A stretch of DNA of 64,000 nt from Nitrospinota bacterium (GCA_016208975.1 JACQXA010000004.1:2013941-2077940), one strand, 5' to 3'; positions 18,604 to 29,062 are shown, numbered from the stretch's first letter. Notes: generated from the sequence alone by a model not told the origin. Numbers and translations: made by a program.

Positions 18604-21024
18604 TTGAAGAAATATATTTGCGTCCACGGGCATTTTTACCAGCCGCCCAGGGAAAACCCATGGCTTGAGATCATCGAAGTCCAGGATTCGGCCAACCCAT
18701 ACCACGACTGGAACGAGCGGATAAACCGGGAATGTTACGCGCCCAACACCGTGTCGCGGGTGATGGGGGCCGATGGGCGCGTGGCGGCGCTGGAAAACAA
18801 TTTCGAGATGATGAGTTTCAACATAGGCCCCACCCTGTTTTCCTGGCTGGAGAAGAACGACCCGGACACCTATCTGCGCGTTATCGACGCGGACAAGTAC
18901 AGCCGCTGGGAGAACGACGGCCACGGCTCGGCCATCGCCCAGGCTTATAACCACATCATAATGCCCCTGGCTTCCGACCGGGACAAGGAAACGCAGATAA
19001 AATGGGGCCTGGCCGATTTCATCTACCGGTTCGGCAGAAAACCGGAGGGCATGTGGCTTCCCGAGACGGCGGTGGACAAAAAAACCCTCCAGATGCTGGC
19101 CGATCACGGAATCTCGTTCACCATACTGGCCCAGTCTCAAGCCAAGGCGGTGAAAGAGAAGGGGACTACGGAGTGGCAATCCCTAAGTAGCGGCATAGAC
19201 CCAAGCCGTTCCTATCTTTGCGAGCTGGACGGGGGGCGCTCCATCAACCTGTTCTTCTACGACGGTCCCATAAGCCAGGCGGTGGCTTTCGAAGGGCTGT
19301 TAGCCAGCGGCGACAGGTTCATCGAGAGGCTCAAAACAGGTTTTTCCGACGCGCGCCAGTGGCCCCAGCTTCTCCATATCGCCACCGATGGCGAGACATA
19401 CGGGCACCATCACAGGTTTGGCGAGATGGCGCTGACCTACGCGCTCAACAAGTTCAAGGAATCGGAGGATGTGATCCTGACCAACTATGGCCAGTTCCTC
19501 TCCATCCACCCGCCCACGTTGCTGGTGGACATACACGATAATTCCTCCTGGTCGTGCGCCCACGGCGTGGAGCGGTGGAGGAGCGATTGCGGATGCAAGA
19601 TCGGTAGCGGTCCGGGCTGGAACCAGAAATGGCGAGGCCCGTTGCGGCGGTCGCTGGAAATACTGAAGGTGGAGCTGGACAGCGTTTTCGAGAACGAGGG
19701 GGAGAAGGTTTTCAAAGACCCGTGGGAGGCGCGCAACGCTTACATAGAGGTGATCCTGGACAGGACGAGGCTTGCCCCGTTCCTGGAGGAGCATGCGCGC
19801 CGCCCGTTGCAGGGGGAGGACAGGATAAAGGCCGCCAAGCTCATGGAGTTCCAGCGGAACGCGATGCTCATGTTCACCTCTTGCGGGTGGTTTTTTGACG
19901 ATGTCTCCGGCATCGAGACCCAGCAGATTTTAAAATACGCCGCCCGGGCCATACAGCTATGCGAGGATGTTTCAACAGCCCGTCCGGAAAAGGAATTTTT
20001 AAAAGCCCTCAAAGAGGCCAAAAGCAACATCCCGCAAAACGGCGACGCCGAGAAGATCTATTGCAAACACGCCTTGCCCGAAAAGGCTTCCCTGGCGCGG
20101 GTGATGGCCAACTCCGCCATCGTGGCCGCGCTGAACCAGGGCGGGGCGGACGGCCTGGGCGAGTCTTACGCGGTGGTGGAGAACGACAGGGTGAGTGAAG
20201 ATTATGGCGATAACACTTTGTCGCTATGCCGGGCGGAGGTCTCCTCTTCTGTGACGCTGGAGAGCGCCTCCTTCCTGGTGGCCACGTTGCGCCTTGGCGG
20301 GTCCGACGTTACCTGCTTTGTAAAGCCGGACGGCGACGAGCTTTCCTTCGGCCCGGCCGTAAACGAAATATATTCCGCATGGCGCAGAAAACCCCTCACT
20401 GAGGTGATACGAAAGCTAGACTCAAACTTCGAGGGCGGGGAGACCTTCATGCTCAAAGACCTTTTTATCGAGCAGAGGAGAAAGACCGTGGCCGGCCTTA
20501 TGTCCCATCACGTCAGCCGGTTCACGGACACGTATAAACAACTGTTCTTCGAGAACCGCAGGATGATGGACTATTTCACCGACGCGGGCGTTCCCATCCC
20601 CTCCGAACTGCGGATGGCCGCCCAGTACATCCTGGAAAAAGAGCTTCTTTCGGTGACTCGGGACCTTGAGAACGCCGACAATCTCGACAAGCTGGCGGAC
20701 CTTATGTGGGACATCCAGCGGTGGGGGCTGGATGTGAATCTGAACGAGGCGCGCAAGGCGGCCGAGGCCGATTTGTGGAAGAAGATGAATGGCGTGGTGA
20801 AGGCGCATGACCTTTCCCCGGTCCCCTCGATGATTAAGACGTTGCTGAGCCTCAACGCCGCGGGCCTTCAAATAGACCTGTGGAGGATGCAAAACCTTTT
20901 CGCCGAGGTGTATTTTGAGTCGGGCCGGGCCAAGGACGACCCGTTCTATGGAAGCAGACAGCTGAAGAAGCTTGGGATATTGCTCAGCTTCTCCTACGCC
21001 GAACCCAAGACGCGGGAGGCGTAA
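18604..21024 (+). CDS. GH57 glycoside hydrolase with DUF3536
   Basis: HGHFYQPPRENPW, GMWLPETA, ATDGETYGHH, MFTSCGWFFDD. Confidence 0.9.
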   Translation: MKKYICVHGHFYQPPRENPWLEIIEVQDSANPYHDWNERINRECYAPNTVSRVMGADGRVAALENNFEMMSFNIGPTLFSWLEKNDPDTYLRVIDADKYSRWENDGHGSAIAQAYNHIIMPLASDRDKETQIKWGLADFIYRFGRKPEGMWLPETAVDKKTLQMLADHGISFTILAQSQAKAVKEKGTTEWQSLSSGIDPSRSYLCELDGGRSINLFFYDGPISQAVAFEGLLASGDRFIERLKTGFSDARQWPQLLHIATDGETYGHHHRFGEMALTYALNKFKESEDVILTNYGQFLSIHPPTLLVDIHDNSSWSCAHGVERWRSDCGCKIGSGPGWNQKWRGPLRRSLEILKVELDSVFENEGEKVFKDPWEARNAYIEVILDRTRLAPFLEEHARRPLQGEDRIKAAKLMEFQRNAMLMFTSCGWFFDDVSGIETQQILKYAARAIQLCEDVSTARPEKEFLKALKEAKSNIPQNGDAEKIYCKHALPEKASLARVMANSAIVAALNQGGADGLGESYAVVENDRVSEDYGDNTLSLCRAEVSSSVTLESASFLVATLRLGGSDVTCFVKPDGDELSFGPAVNEIYSAWRRKPLTEVIRKLDSNFEGGETFMLKDLFIEQRRKTVAGLMSHHVSRFTDTYKQLFFENRRMMDYFTDAGVPIPSELRMAAQYILEKELLSVTRDLENADNLDKLADLMWDIQRWGLDVNLNEARKAAEADLWKKMNGVVKAHDLSPVPSMIKTLLSLNAAGLQIDLWRMQNLFAEVYFESGRAKDDPFYGSRQLKKLGILLSFSYAEPKTREA

Positions 21025-21042
21025 ACGCGGCGCCCGGCGCCA

Positions 21043-21639
21043 TTAGAAAAGCCAGCCGAACAGGAACGCGTACTGGATGTGGTCGGCGTCCCCCTTGGAG
21101 TCGAACAGGTTCACCTCGGTGCCTTCAAGTATTCGCACGCTCCCGCCCACCTGGAAATTCTCGAAGAATATGTAATTGAGCCCCACGGCCCCGAAATAGC
21201 CCGCCCGGTTGGAATCGGTATCCGACCCGGTGGGGGTGGATGTGGATCCCCCCTCAATTTTGGCCGTGGTCCATGAAACCCCCGCGGCGAGGTACGGCTC
21301 GATATTATCCAGCCTGAAATTGGTTTTGGCCCCCACGCCCAGCTCAACAGTGGTTCCGGTTACGGCGTAAGTCCCCCCGCCGGAAGAGGCTATCGCGTCG
21401 GCGCTTTTGCGTGAAGAATGGGCGGTCACCAAGAAATGCGCGGGCCAATATTCTTTGCCGAACGCCGCTTCCATCCCAACAACGGTTTGGGACTCCACGG
21501 GCTCCCAATATTTTTGGGTGATATTTCTTTGCCCCGCGATGATGTTGAAACTTCCCGTCCAGCCGCCGTCGTTATCCGCCGCCAGGGATGGGGTGGCAAG
21601 GAACATGGCCACAGCCGTTAGAAGCGCCGCAAGTCTCAT
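21043..21639 (-). CDS. Small outer-membrane beta-barrel protein
   Basis: Signal peptide, alternating amphipathic strands, EPYLAAG, C-terminal Phe (FGWLF). Confidence 0.7.
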   Translation of the reverse strand: MRLAALLTAVAMFLATPSLAADNDGGWTGSFNIIAGQRNITQKYWEPVESQTVVGMEAAFGKEYWPAHFLVTAHSSRKSADAIASSGGGTYAVTGTTVELGVGAKTNFRLDNIEPYLAAGVSWTTAKIEGGSTSTPTGSDTDSNRAGYFGAVGLNYIFFENFQVGGSVRILEGTEVNLFDSKGDADHIQYAFLFGWLF

Positions 21640-21732
21640 GGAGTTCCCCGAAAAAGGTTTAAAAAGGGTTAGCCAAATATACCAGATTGCCGTTCATGCG
21701 GGGGCTAATTTTAGAAATCCTTTTCCCCATCT

Positions 21733-24700
21733 TTACGGTCTGGCTATCAAAAGCCTTCTGGCGCGGGGGATAAGCTCCGAAGGATCCATCTGTTTGGTTA
21801 TGAAATCGTCGGCCCCCATTTTGAAAGCCTTCTCCCGGGTCTCCAGACGCGAGTCGCTGGTGATGACCATCACAGGTATTTCTTTCATGGCCGTCTTTAT
21901 ATGCGCCACCAGCGAAAAACCGTCCTTGCCTGGCATCGAAATGTCCGTGATAACCAGATGGGGCTTCCTTTGGCGTAACATCTCAATCGCAGTGTCCACA
22001 TCCCCGGCTTCCATGATGTCCACATCCATCGCCCGCAGTTGCTCCTTGATCATAAAGCGGATAACCGGCTCGTCATCCACGGCCAGCACCAGCGGCCGCG
22101 TTGGCGGCAGGCTGGCGAAGAATGTGGAGCCTTTCCCCAACTCCGACTCCACGCCGAGGGAACCGCCGTGGGCCCTCATAATATCGCTGGAAAGCGGCAG
22201 GCCCAGGCCCGAGCCCAGCTCTCCAGCGGTGCCCGGCTGGGAGGTTTTCTCCTCGTGGATGAATATCCTCTGGATGTTCTCGGGGCTTATCCCGGTTCCG
22301 GTGTCTTGCACGGCCAGGGTGGACACGCTTTCTTCCGGCGCGAAGATGGTTATCCTGTCCCCCTTGCGGGAGAACTTTATGGCGTTGGACACCATGTTGT
22401 GGATCACCTCCGAGAACAGGTCCGGGTCGGCGTATATCCTGTAATCGGGCTGAACCTGGTTTACTACCGCTATGCCCTTGTTCTGCGCCAGATACGACAG
22501 ACCGCCAGCCACCCTTGCGACGATGGCGAACCCGTCCAGGAATCTTGGTTTCGGGGTGATTGTGCCTGTTTTCAAACGGCTGATGCTTAAAAGCTCCCCG
22601 ATCATCCTGGTGAGGTTGCCGCCGCTTTCGATTATCTTGCCTATGATCTCCCGGTGCTCCGGATGGAGAGGCCGCTCCCTGTCCTCGTCTATAAGCTTTA
22701 ACAGGCCCAGGATGGAGGCGAACGGCGACCGCAAATCATGCGCCACCAGTGAAATGAACTTGTCCTTAAGCTTAGTGGCGTCCTCGGCGTTTTCCTTGGC
22801 GGCAAGAAGCTCCTGCTCGGCCTGTTTGCGCCCGGAGATGTTGGTGGCGAAAGCCGCCTCGCCAATAACTTTTCCCTCCGCGTCCCCGAGCGTGGCCGCG
22901 TTGATGATAACGGGTATGCCCATGCCGTTTTTGGCCCGCAGGGTTACATCGAAAACCCTGTGCGTGGTGGTGTGGATAATGTCCGCATGGCTCCGGATGA
23001 TTGCGGCGTTCCGCTCGTCGGCGAATTCATAGGGCTTTTTGCCGATCATTTCATCAATCGTGTAGCCCAGCATTTCCAGGAGGGACAGGTTCACCTCCAC
23101 CATTTCAAATTGCGGGTTCACCATCCAGAACCCTTCGGATGTGGTGTTGATGATGTTGCGGTATTTCCTCTCGCTCTCCCTCAGCGCGTCCTCGGCCACC
23201 TTGTGTTCGGTAAGGTCCTGAAGGATCCAGATAACCCCTTTTTCCACGTTGGCCGGATCCAGCGCCCTGCCGATTAGATGGCACCAGAACAGTTCGCCGC
23301 TCTTGCGCCGCATCCTGCCCTCGGCGGAATAGGTTTCCCCCGCCTTCATCACGTCATAGGCTTCCATTCCAAGCCTTTCATGGGTTTCCTGGTCCGTGTA
23401 AATATTGCGGGTGGACTGGCCTATAATTTCATCTCTAGAGTATCCGAACATCTCCTCGAACTTGTTGTTCACCCTCGCCCAATGCCTTTTTATGGTCCAC
23501 GCTATCCCGGCGCCCGCGTTTTCCAGGATGATCGAAAGCTCGGACAGCGTGTCTGAAAGCCTTTCCTGGGTCTCTTTCAAACTGGTGATGTCCTCGAAGG
23601 TCACGAACGCCCCGGATAGCGCGGCGGAGTCTTCTTCAAAAATGGGCATGGCATGCAGTTTTATCCACTTTATCCTCCCCTCAACGGGGTTCTCTACGCC
23701 AATCAACGCATCGCGGGATTCCTTCCCGCTCAGAACCGCCCTAAGCGCAGGGTGACGGCTGGGTTCCACACGTCTCCAATGTTCATCCACGGCGGGGGTG
23801 AACGGGGCGGGAGCCTTTAGGGTGTACATCGTTTTTTCCTCGATACCCAGTATGTCCCTGGCCGCCGGGTTGGCCGAAACCACGCCGCCTCCCGAGTCCA
23901 TGTAGATCACCCCTTGCGCCATGGTCTCCAGTAGTACCCTGCGGCGCTCCTCCAGCCTCCGGATCTCCTCCTCCACGGCCTTTCTTTCGGTTATGTCGTC
24001 GGCGGTGAATATCATCCCGTCGAACGCGCCATCTTTCACCATGGGCACAAGCCACCCGGACTGCCAGGTGGCCCTCCCGGCGGGGGTGGCTATCGCCAGC
24101 GAATCGAAGAAAATGGGGGCCAGGCCGGTTTTGGTCTTTTCGTAATACTCCCGGAACGGCTTGGCCGTCTCGCTTTGAAGGGCGGAAAATACGTTTTCCC
24201 CCACTATGCTGGCCAGCGACACGCCCGCTATAACGGTCATTCCCCTGTTGGCGTAGGTGACGGTGTCGCTGGCGTCGGTAACCAGCACCCCGCTTATCAC
24301 CGATTCGAGGATGTTGGAGTAGAAGTTCTTTAAGCCCTCAATCCTTTCCTCGGCCTTAACCCTGTCGGAAATGTCCCTTATCATGGCGAAGATGACATCC
24401 CGCCCCTTCCACGAGAACGGCCCCGCGGAAATTTCCACCGGGAAAACCTCGCCATCCTTTTTCCTGTGCCATCGAAGTGGTAGCTTTATGTCACCATCGG
24501 TGGCCGCCTGCTCCATATATTCCCGGGCTTTTCCCGGGTCGGAACTGATAGTGTCCAGCGGCATCTTTAACAGCTCTTCCATGGAGTAACCATAAAGCTT
24601 CAGGAACGACTCGTTGGCGTCCAGGAAAGATTGTTTCTCCCGGTCGAACACGCATATGGCGTCTATGGAGTTTGTGAATATCCGGCGGTATTTCTGTTCG

Positions 24701-26505
24701 CTCTCCAGAAGCTCCTTCTCTATTCTCTTGCGTTTGGAAATATCCTCCACCAGGGTTATCACCCACTTGATGGCGCCGGTATCGTCCCTTACGGCGGTGG
24801 AGGCCACGTTCACCCACTCTATGCCTCCGCTTTTGTGGATGCACCGCTCCTCAATGGTAAAAAACTCGCGCCGGCCCTGTACCATTTCCCGGAACAAGGA
24901 CAGGTTCAACTCCAGATCATGGGGATGGGTAAAATCGGCCCAGCGCAGGGAAGCCAACTCATCTTCGCTGTAACCCACTATATGGCAGAAAGCCGGATTG
25001 GCATGTACGATCCGGCCCTTTTCGTCCCCCAAAACCACGCCGAAGGGGGATCGTTCGAAAACCGCCCTGTACTTGGCCTCGCTAAGCTTGAGCGCCGCCG
25101 CCGTTTTGTCTATCTCCTTTCGGGCCTGTACCAGCGAAGATATGTCCCTGCCCACCCCCACCGCGCCGGTAATCTCCCCCTTGGAGTCCAGGATAGGCGT
25201 AACGGAAGTGTGGAAATAAATGGGCGCGCCGCCAGGCCCGCTGGTGGACCATTCATACGAAGCGCTTTCGCCGGCCAACGCGCGCTGGAAAGCCCAACCA
25301 TGGATGTCGCTATTGTCCTCCCCATAAATTTCCTGCGCGGTCTTTCCAATGAAATCCTCCGGAGCTACGCCCGCCGCCGCCAGGCCCTTGCCGTATAAAC
25401 CTGTGTGGCGCTGTTCCTTGTCCAGCGTGAACACCATCTCGTCCATGGAATCCACCAGGGTCTTGAACCGCTCTTCGCTCTTACGCCACTCCTTGGACAT
25501 CTCGGCGGCCATGGCCACTGCCCTCATGTGGGTGCTTGTTATTACCAGGGCCACAATGAAAAGAAGTAAACTCACAGTTACGCCGAACGCCAGGACGTAA
25601 AACGGCCTGTCCCAATCCACATCCCCTTTGTACGAGGGAGTTGTGAAGAACCTGAAAGTCCATGGAGTGTCCCCGATCTCCATGATTTCCAGCTTTTCGA
25701 AAAGCGGAAGTTCCGCCGTCCAGAACGAGGGCCCTGAAATGGGCGTATAGCCGCCCAAGAAATGTTCCGTGTCAGTGTTTTTCCCCTCGTATACCTCAAC
25801 ACCCATTCCAGGCTCTACCGTTTGGGGCACGGGCGCTATCAACTGGTTGAGGTCAATCAACGCGATGACCAGCATTTTATGTTTTGCCTGTGCGCCCGGG
25901 TTGCTTGGGCCAGCGTCCAGCATCATGTAGATAAAGATGCGTGGCGGCCCCGAAACCCCTTCCAGGGTGTATGCCCTGGTGGCGGAGGATGTGACGATAA
26001 AACCAGTCTTTAAAACTTTATCCACAAGGGGCCCGTGAAAGGGGCTTGCGGCCAGGTCCGCCCCCTTGCTGATTGGCGCATGAGGATCCAGCAGTCTTGT
26101 GAAGGTTACGGGAACATGTATTTGCCCATTTGGCTCCGTTTCCACTTTGGCCACGGCCAGGGCGCGGAACGCTTTGTACTTGTCGAATATGGCAAAATAA
26201 TTTAAGTACTCATCCCATTTTGCCGTTCCAAGGTCGTTTCCTGACGCCATCCAGTAACCAAGCATTCCGCGCATTACATACTCGTGGTCCACTATCTCCC
26301 CGAAAATGGCCTGTTTGAATAAGTCGGAGTGAAGATCAAAATGGTATTGCGCTGAACTTTGAACCTGCTGGATGGATTGCCTCCAGCTGAAGATTACGAT
26401 AGCCAGGGATACCGCCAACACAATGAAAGCCGGATACAGGCTGGATTTGGAAGAGGCGGGACGTGAACTTTTGCCGTTTCTGGGAGAATTCGCCTGCCCG
26501 TTCAT
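21733..26505 (-). CDS. Hybrid sensor histidine kinase (periplasmic CHASE-like, 7 PAS, HisKA, HATPase, REC)
   Basis: Two TM helices, seven PAS/PAC repeats, AHDLRSP H-box, NAIKF/DTGTG/GSGLGL, REC with VITDISMP. Confidence 0.9.
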   Translation of the reverse strand: MNGQANSPRNGKSSRPASSKSSLYPAFIVLAVSLAIVIFSWRQSIQQVQSSAQYHFDLHSDLFKQAIFGEIVDHEYVMRGMLGYWMASGNDLGTAKWDEYLNYFAIFDKYKAFRALAVAKVETEPNGQIHVPVTFTRLLDPHAPISKGADLAASPFHGPLVDKVLKTGFIVTSSATRAYTLEGVSGPPRIFIYMMLDAGPSNPGAQAKHKMLVIALIDLNQLIAPVPQTVEPGMGVEVYEGKNTDTEHFLGGYTPISGPSFWTAELPLFEKLEIMEIGDTPWTFRFFTTPSYKGDVDWDRPFYVLAFGVTVSLLLFIVALVITSTHMRAVAMAAEMSKEWRKSEERFKTLVDSMDEMVFTLDKEQRHTGLYGKGLAAAGVAPEDFIGKTAQEIYGEDNSDIHGWAFQRALAGESASYEWSTSGPGGAPIYFHTSVTPILDSKGEITGAVGVGRDISSLVQARKEIDKTAAALKLSEAKYRAVFERSPFGVVLGDEKGRIVHANPAFCHIVGYSEDELASLRWADFTHPHDLELNLSLFREMVQGRREFFTIEERCIHKSGGIEWVNVASTAVRDDTGAIKWVITLVEDISKRKRIEKELLESEQKYRRIFTNSIDAICVFDREKQSFLDANESFLKLYGYSMEELLKMPLDTISSDPGKAREYMEQAATDGDIKLPLRWHRKKDGEVFPVEISAGPFSWKGRDVIFAMIRDISDRVKAEERIEGLKNFYSNILESVISGVLVTDASDTVTYANRGMTVIAGVSLASIVGENVFSALQSETAKPFREYYEKTKTGLAPIFFDSLAIATPAGRATWQSGWLVPMVKDGAFDGMIFTADDITERKAVEEEIRRLEERRRVLLETMAQGVIYMDSGGGVVSANPAARDILGIEEKTMYTLKAPAPFTPAVDEHWRRVEPSRHPALRAVLSGKESRDALIGVENPVEGRIKWIKLHAMPIFEEDSAALSGAFVTFEDITSLKETQERLSDTLSELSIILENAGAGIAWTIKRHWARVNNKFEEMFGYSRDEIIGQSTRNIYTDQETHERLGMEAYDVMKAGETYSAEGRMRRKSGELFWCHLIGRALDPANVEKGVIWILQDLTEHKVAEDALRESERKYRNIINTTSEGFWMVNPQFEMVEVNLSLLEMLGYTIDEMIGKKPYEFADERNAAIIRSHADIIHTTTHRVFDVTLRAKNGMGIPVIINAATLGDAEGKVIGEAAFATNISGRKQAEQELLAAKENAEDATKLKDKFISLVAHDLRSPFASILGLLKLIDEDRERPLHPEHREIIGKIIESGGNLTRMIGELLSISRLKTGTITPKPRFLDGFAIVARVAGGLSYLAQNKGIAVVNQVQPDYRIYADPDLFSEVIHNMVSNAIKFSRKGDRITIFAPEESVSTLAVQDTGTGISPENIQRIFIHEEKTSQPGTAGELGSGLGLPLSSDIMRAHGGSLGVESELGKGSTFFASLPPTRPLVLAVDDEPVIRFMIKEQLRAMDVDIMEAGDVDTAIEMLRQRKPHLVITDISMPGKDGFSLVAHIKTAMKEIPVMVITSDSRLETREKAFKMGADDFITKQMDPSELIPRARRLLIARP

Positions 26506-26639
26506 AGTTTATGGTTCTCTCGATTGACCTGACTCAAAGAGCGTTCAACCTGAATCGCGGGCGCATATACCACCGCAACTGTAACCCCTGGGGAAATTAT
26601 ATCTTTTTCGCGGGGCGTTTGGAACAAATGGGATTATTT

Positions 26640-26790
26640 GGTGGTGTCCCAGTTTGAATCTCAAATAATAGACAGATCCTTCACTTCGCTTGCGCTTCGC
26701 TCAGGATGACAATGTTATCAGCGGCTTTTATATTGTCATTCTGAGCGTAAGTGAAGAATCTCCCCTGTACTTTCAAACCGGGACACCACC
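26640..26790. mobile_element. ~150-bp MITE/REPIN-like element, copy 2 (inverted relative to copy 1)
   Basis: 19-bp TIRs GGTGGTGTCCCAGTTTGAA / TTCAAACCGGGACACCACC (1 mismatch); reverse complement of 5743-5892. Confidence 0.85.
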
Positions 26791-26859
26791 TATTATTTGA
26801 GGTTAGGACAGGAGGTTGCTCTAAGGCCATGGCTGTGGAATTGCCATGGGCCTGCGGGT

Positions 26860-27997
26860 TTAAATATCCTCCAACTCCTCCACCGCATCTTCCCCGGCCT
26901 TGGCGGGGCCTTTTAGAAGATACCCCTCGATGAATTCATCCAGCGCCCCGTCCAGCACGGCGTTGACGTTGCCGGTTTCTATCCTCGTCCGCAGGTCTTT
27001 TACCATCTGGTATGGTTGCAGTACATAAGAGCGGATCTGGGATCCCCACTGGATGCCTTTCTTCTCGCCGGTGATGCCGTCCAGCCTCTGCCTGCGTTTT
27101 TCCTCTTCGATGGCGAACAGCTTGCCTTTTAGCACTTTCAGCGCGTAGGCCTTGTTCTTGTGCTGGCTCCGCTCGTTCTGGCAGGCCACCACGATGCCGC
27201 TGGGGATGTGGGTAATGCGCACAGCCGAGTCGGTGGTGTTTACGCTCTGCCCCCCGGCGCCGGAGGAACGGTAAACGTCCACCCTTATTTCTTCTTCCTT
27301 TATCACCACCTCGATGTCGTCTTCTATATCCGGCGTTACGGACACGGAGGTGAAAGAGGTATGTCTGCGTTTGTTGGCGTCGAAAGGGGAGATGCGCACA
27401 AGCCTGTGCACCCCCGCCTCGGCTTTCATGTATCCATAGGCGTAGTCCCCCTGCACGATGAACGTGGCGGATTTAACGCCAGCCTCGTCTCCGGGGAGCA
27501 GGTCCACAATCTGTGTTTTGTATCCCCGCCTCTCGGCCCAGCGCAGGTACATGCGCATTAGCATCTCCGCCCAGTCCTGAGACTCGGTGCCTCCGGCGCC
27601 CGGATGGATTTCCACGATGGCGTTGTCCATGTCGTGCTCGCCGGAAAGCATTGCGGCGATCTCCACCTTTTCGGTTTCCTTGGCCAGCAGGCTCGCGTCT
27701 TTACAGGTTTCGGCGAAAAGCTCCGGCTCGGCCTGGGGATCCACGATCTGGGCGAACTCGTCCAGGTCAGCAAGCCGTTTGGACAAAGCGTTAAACCCGT
27801 CGAGGGTCCTGATGATCGCGGCGCGCTTTTTAAGGAAAGGCTGGGCGGCTTCGGGCTTGTCCCAAAAACCGGGTGAGGCTATTTTCTTGTCGAGCGAGGC
27901 CAGTTCGGCGGTTTTGGATTCTATGTCAAAGATGACCTCGGAGCCTGGTGAGTTTGGCCCGGGTCTGTTCCAATAATGCGGAAAAATCCTCGTTCAT
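26860..27997 (-). CDS. prfB: Peptide chain release factor 2 with programmed +1 frameshift (join 27997-27929, 27927-26860)
   Basis: GGQ and SPF motifs; 23-codon first ORF ends CGA GGT CAT CTT TGA C. Confidence 0.95.
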
Positions 27998-28815
27998 TAC
28001 TTCCTCTTCGATTTAGCTTTTTTAACGGCTGGCTTGGCGGCTGGTTTCCGGGCCACGGTTTTTTTCGCCGGTTTGGCTTTTTTGGCCACGGGTTTAGCTT
28101 TTGGCGCCGTCTTGGCCTTCGCCTTTTTTGCGGCTGGCTTGGCGGCTTTTTTCACTGGCTTGACAGCCTTAACCGGTTTAGAGGCGGCGGGCTTTTTAGG
28201 CTCCGGAGTAACCTTGCCGCCGGTTTTGGCCAGCGTGGCCTTTTTTATGGTTTCGTTGGCTTCCACCAAATCCAGCACGTGTTGCCTGGCGGATTTTTTG
28301 ATGGATTCCTCAAGGACGTGGATCACCATTTTGCCTACTGGCGTGGCCACTCCAGGCACATCAGGTATGGGAGCGCCCTTGGATATATAACCTTTAAGCC
28401 GCTTGGCCACCTCATCCATGGTGTACAGCTCGGAGTCTTTATATTTGTAAAGGAGCTTTACATAATCCCGCTCCTTTAACTCCACATCCAACGATCCGTG
28501 GATGATGTTCTCCATTTTGGTTTCCGCGGGACGTTTGGGAAGCTTGTTTAAGATTTTTATAACTTCGTTGAAGTATTTGGTTTTGCTTGCGTCCAGATTA
28601 GCCCTGGGCGGGAAAATGTCTTGGGGTATCTTGGAGCTTATCTCAAAAGCGTAGTCATTTCCATTGATGTCACAGGGGCTAACTTCGTAAGTTATACCCT
28701 TGATTAAGAAACGGTTGTCCTTTTTAGGGGTGAATTTCCCCCGGAACTCGGCGCGAACCTGCTCCAGACTTTTATTGATATGCTCAAGAAAAAGCTGGTT
28801 TTTTACCTCACCCAT
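27997..28815 (-). CDS. Hypothetical protein with histone H1-like Lys/Ala/Pro tail
   Basis: ~195-aa unrecognised domain followed by KPAAKK-type repeats; TAATG overlap with prfB. Confidence 0.75.
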   Translation of the reverse strand: MGEVKNQLFLEHINKSLEQVRAEFRGKFTPKKDNRFLIKGITYEVSPCDINGNDYAFEISSKIPQDIFPPRANLDASKTKYFNEVIKILNKLPKRPAETKMENIIHGSLDVELKERDYVKLLYKYKDSELYTMDEVAKRLKGYISKGAPIPDVPGVATPVGKMVIHVLEESIKKSARQHVLDLVEANETIKKATLAKTGGKVTPEPKKPAASKPVKAVKPVKKAAKPAAKKAKAKTAPKAKPVAKKAKPAKKTVARKPAAKPAVKKAKSKRK

Positions 28816-28878
28816 TTAATTCCGCGTAGAGTATGTTTGTGACTGTTAATAGTTGATTTTCAACAGCTATCACCTTGA

Positions 28879-28907
28879 AGAATAGCAGATGGCCCTACCA
28901 AGGTCAA
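28879..28907 (-). promoter_or_regulatory. sigma70 promoter for the hypothetical-prfB operon
   Basis: Minus strand TTGACC-17 nt-TATTCT with extended -10 TG. Confidence 0.6.
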
Positions 28908-29022
28908 TCCTAAAACCCAGCGAAAATTCCAAATTCCGGTATAATTTAACGGTTTTTGGAAAACTTGTCGAAGGCCATAGTTAATGGCAATCATTACAAT
29001 TGATTGGCTGAAAGTTAGGGGC

Positions 29023-29062
29023 AAAAAAAAGGCGGTCTCGACGAGGAGTAGTCGAGACCGCC
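29023..29062 (-). terminator. Rho-independent terminator of the candidate sRNA
   Basis: Perfect 12-bp stem GGCGGTCTCGAC/GTCGAGACCGCC, loop TACTCCTC, then T8. Confidence 0.85.

Noticed and set aside
26524..26537. FNR-like box TTGAC-CTGA-CTCAA before the hybrid kinase
   Set aside because: Imperfect single match with no supporting promoter geometry
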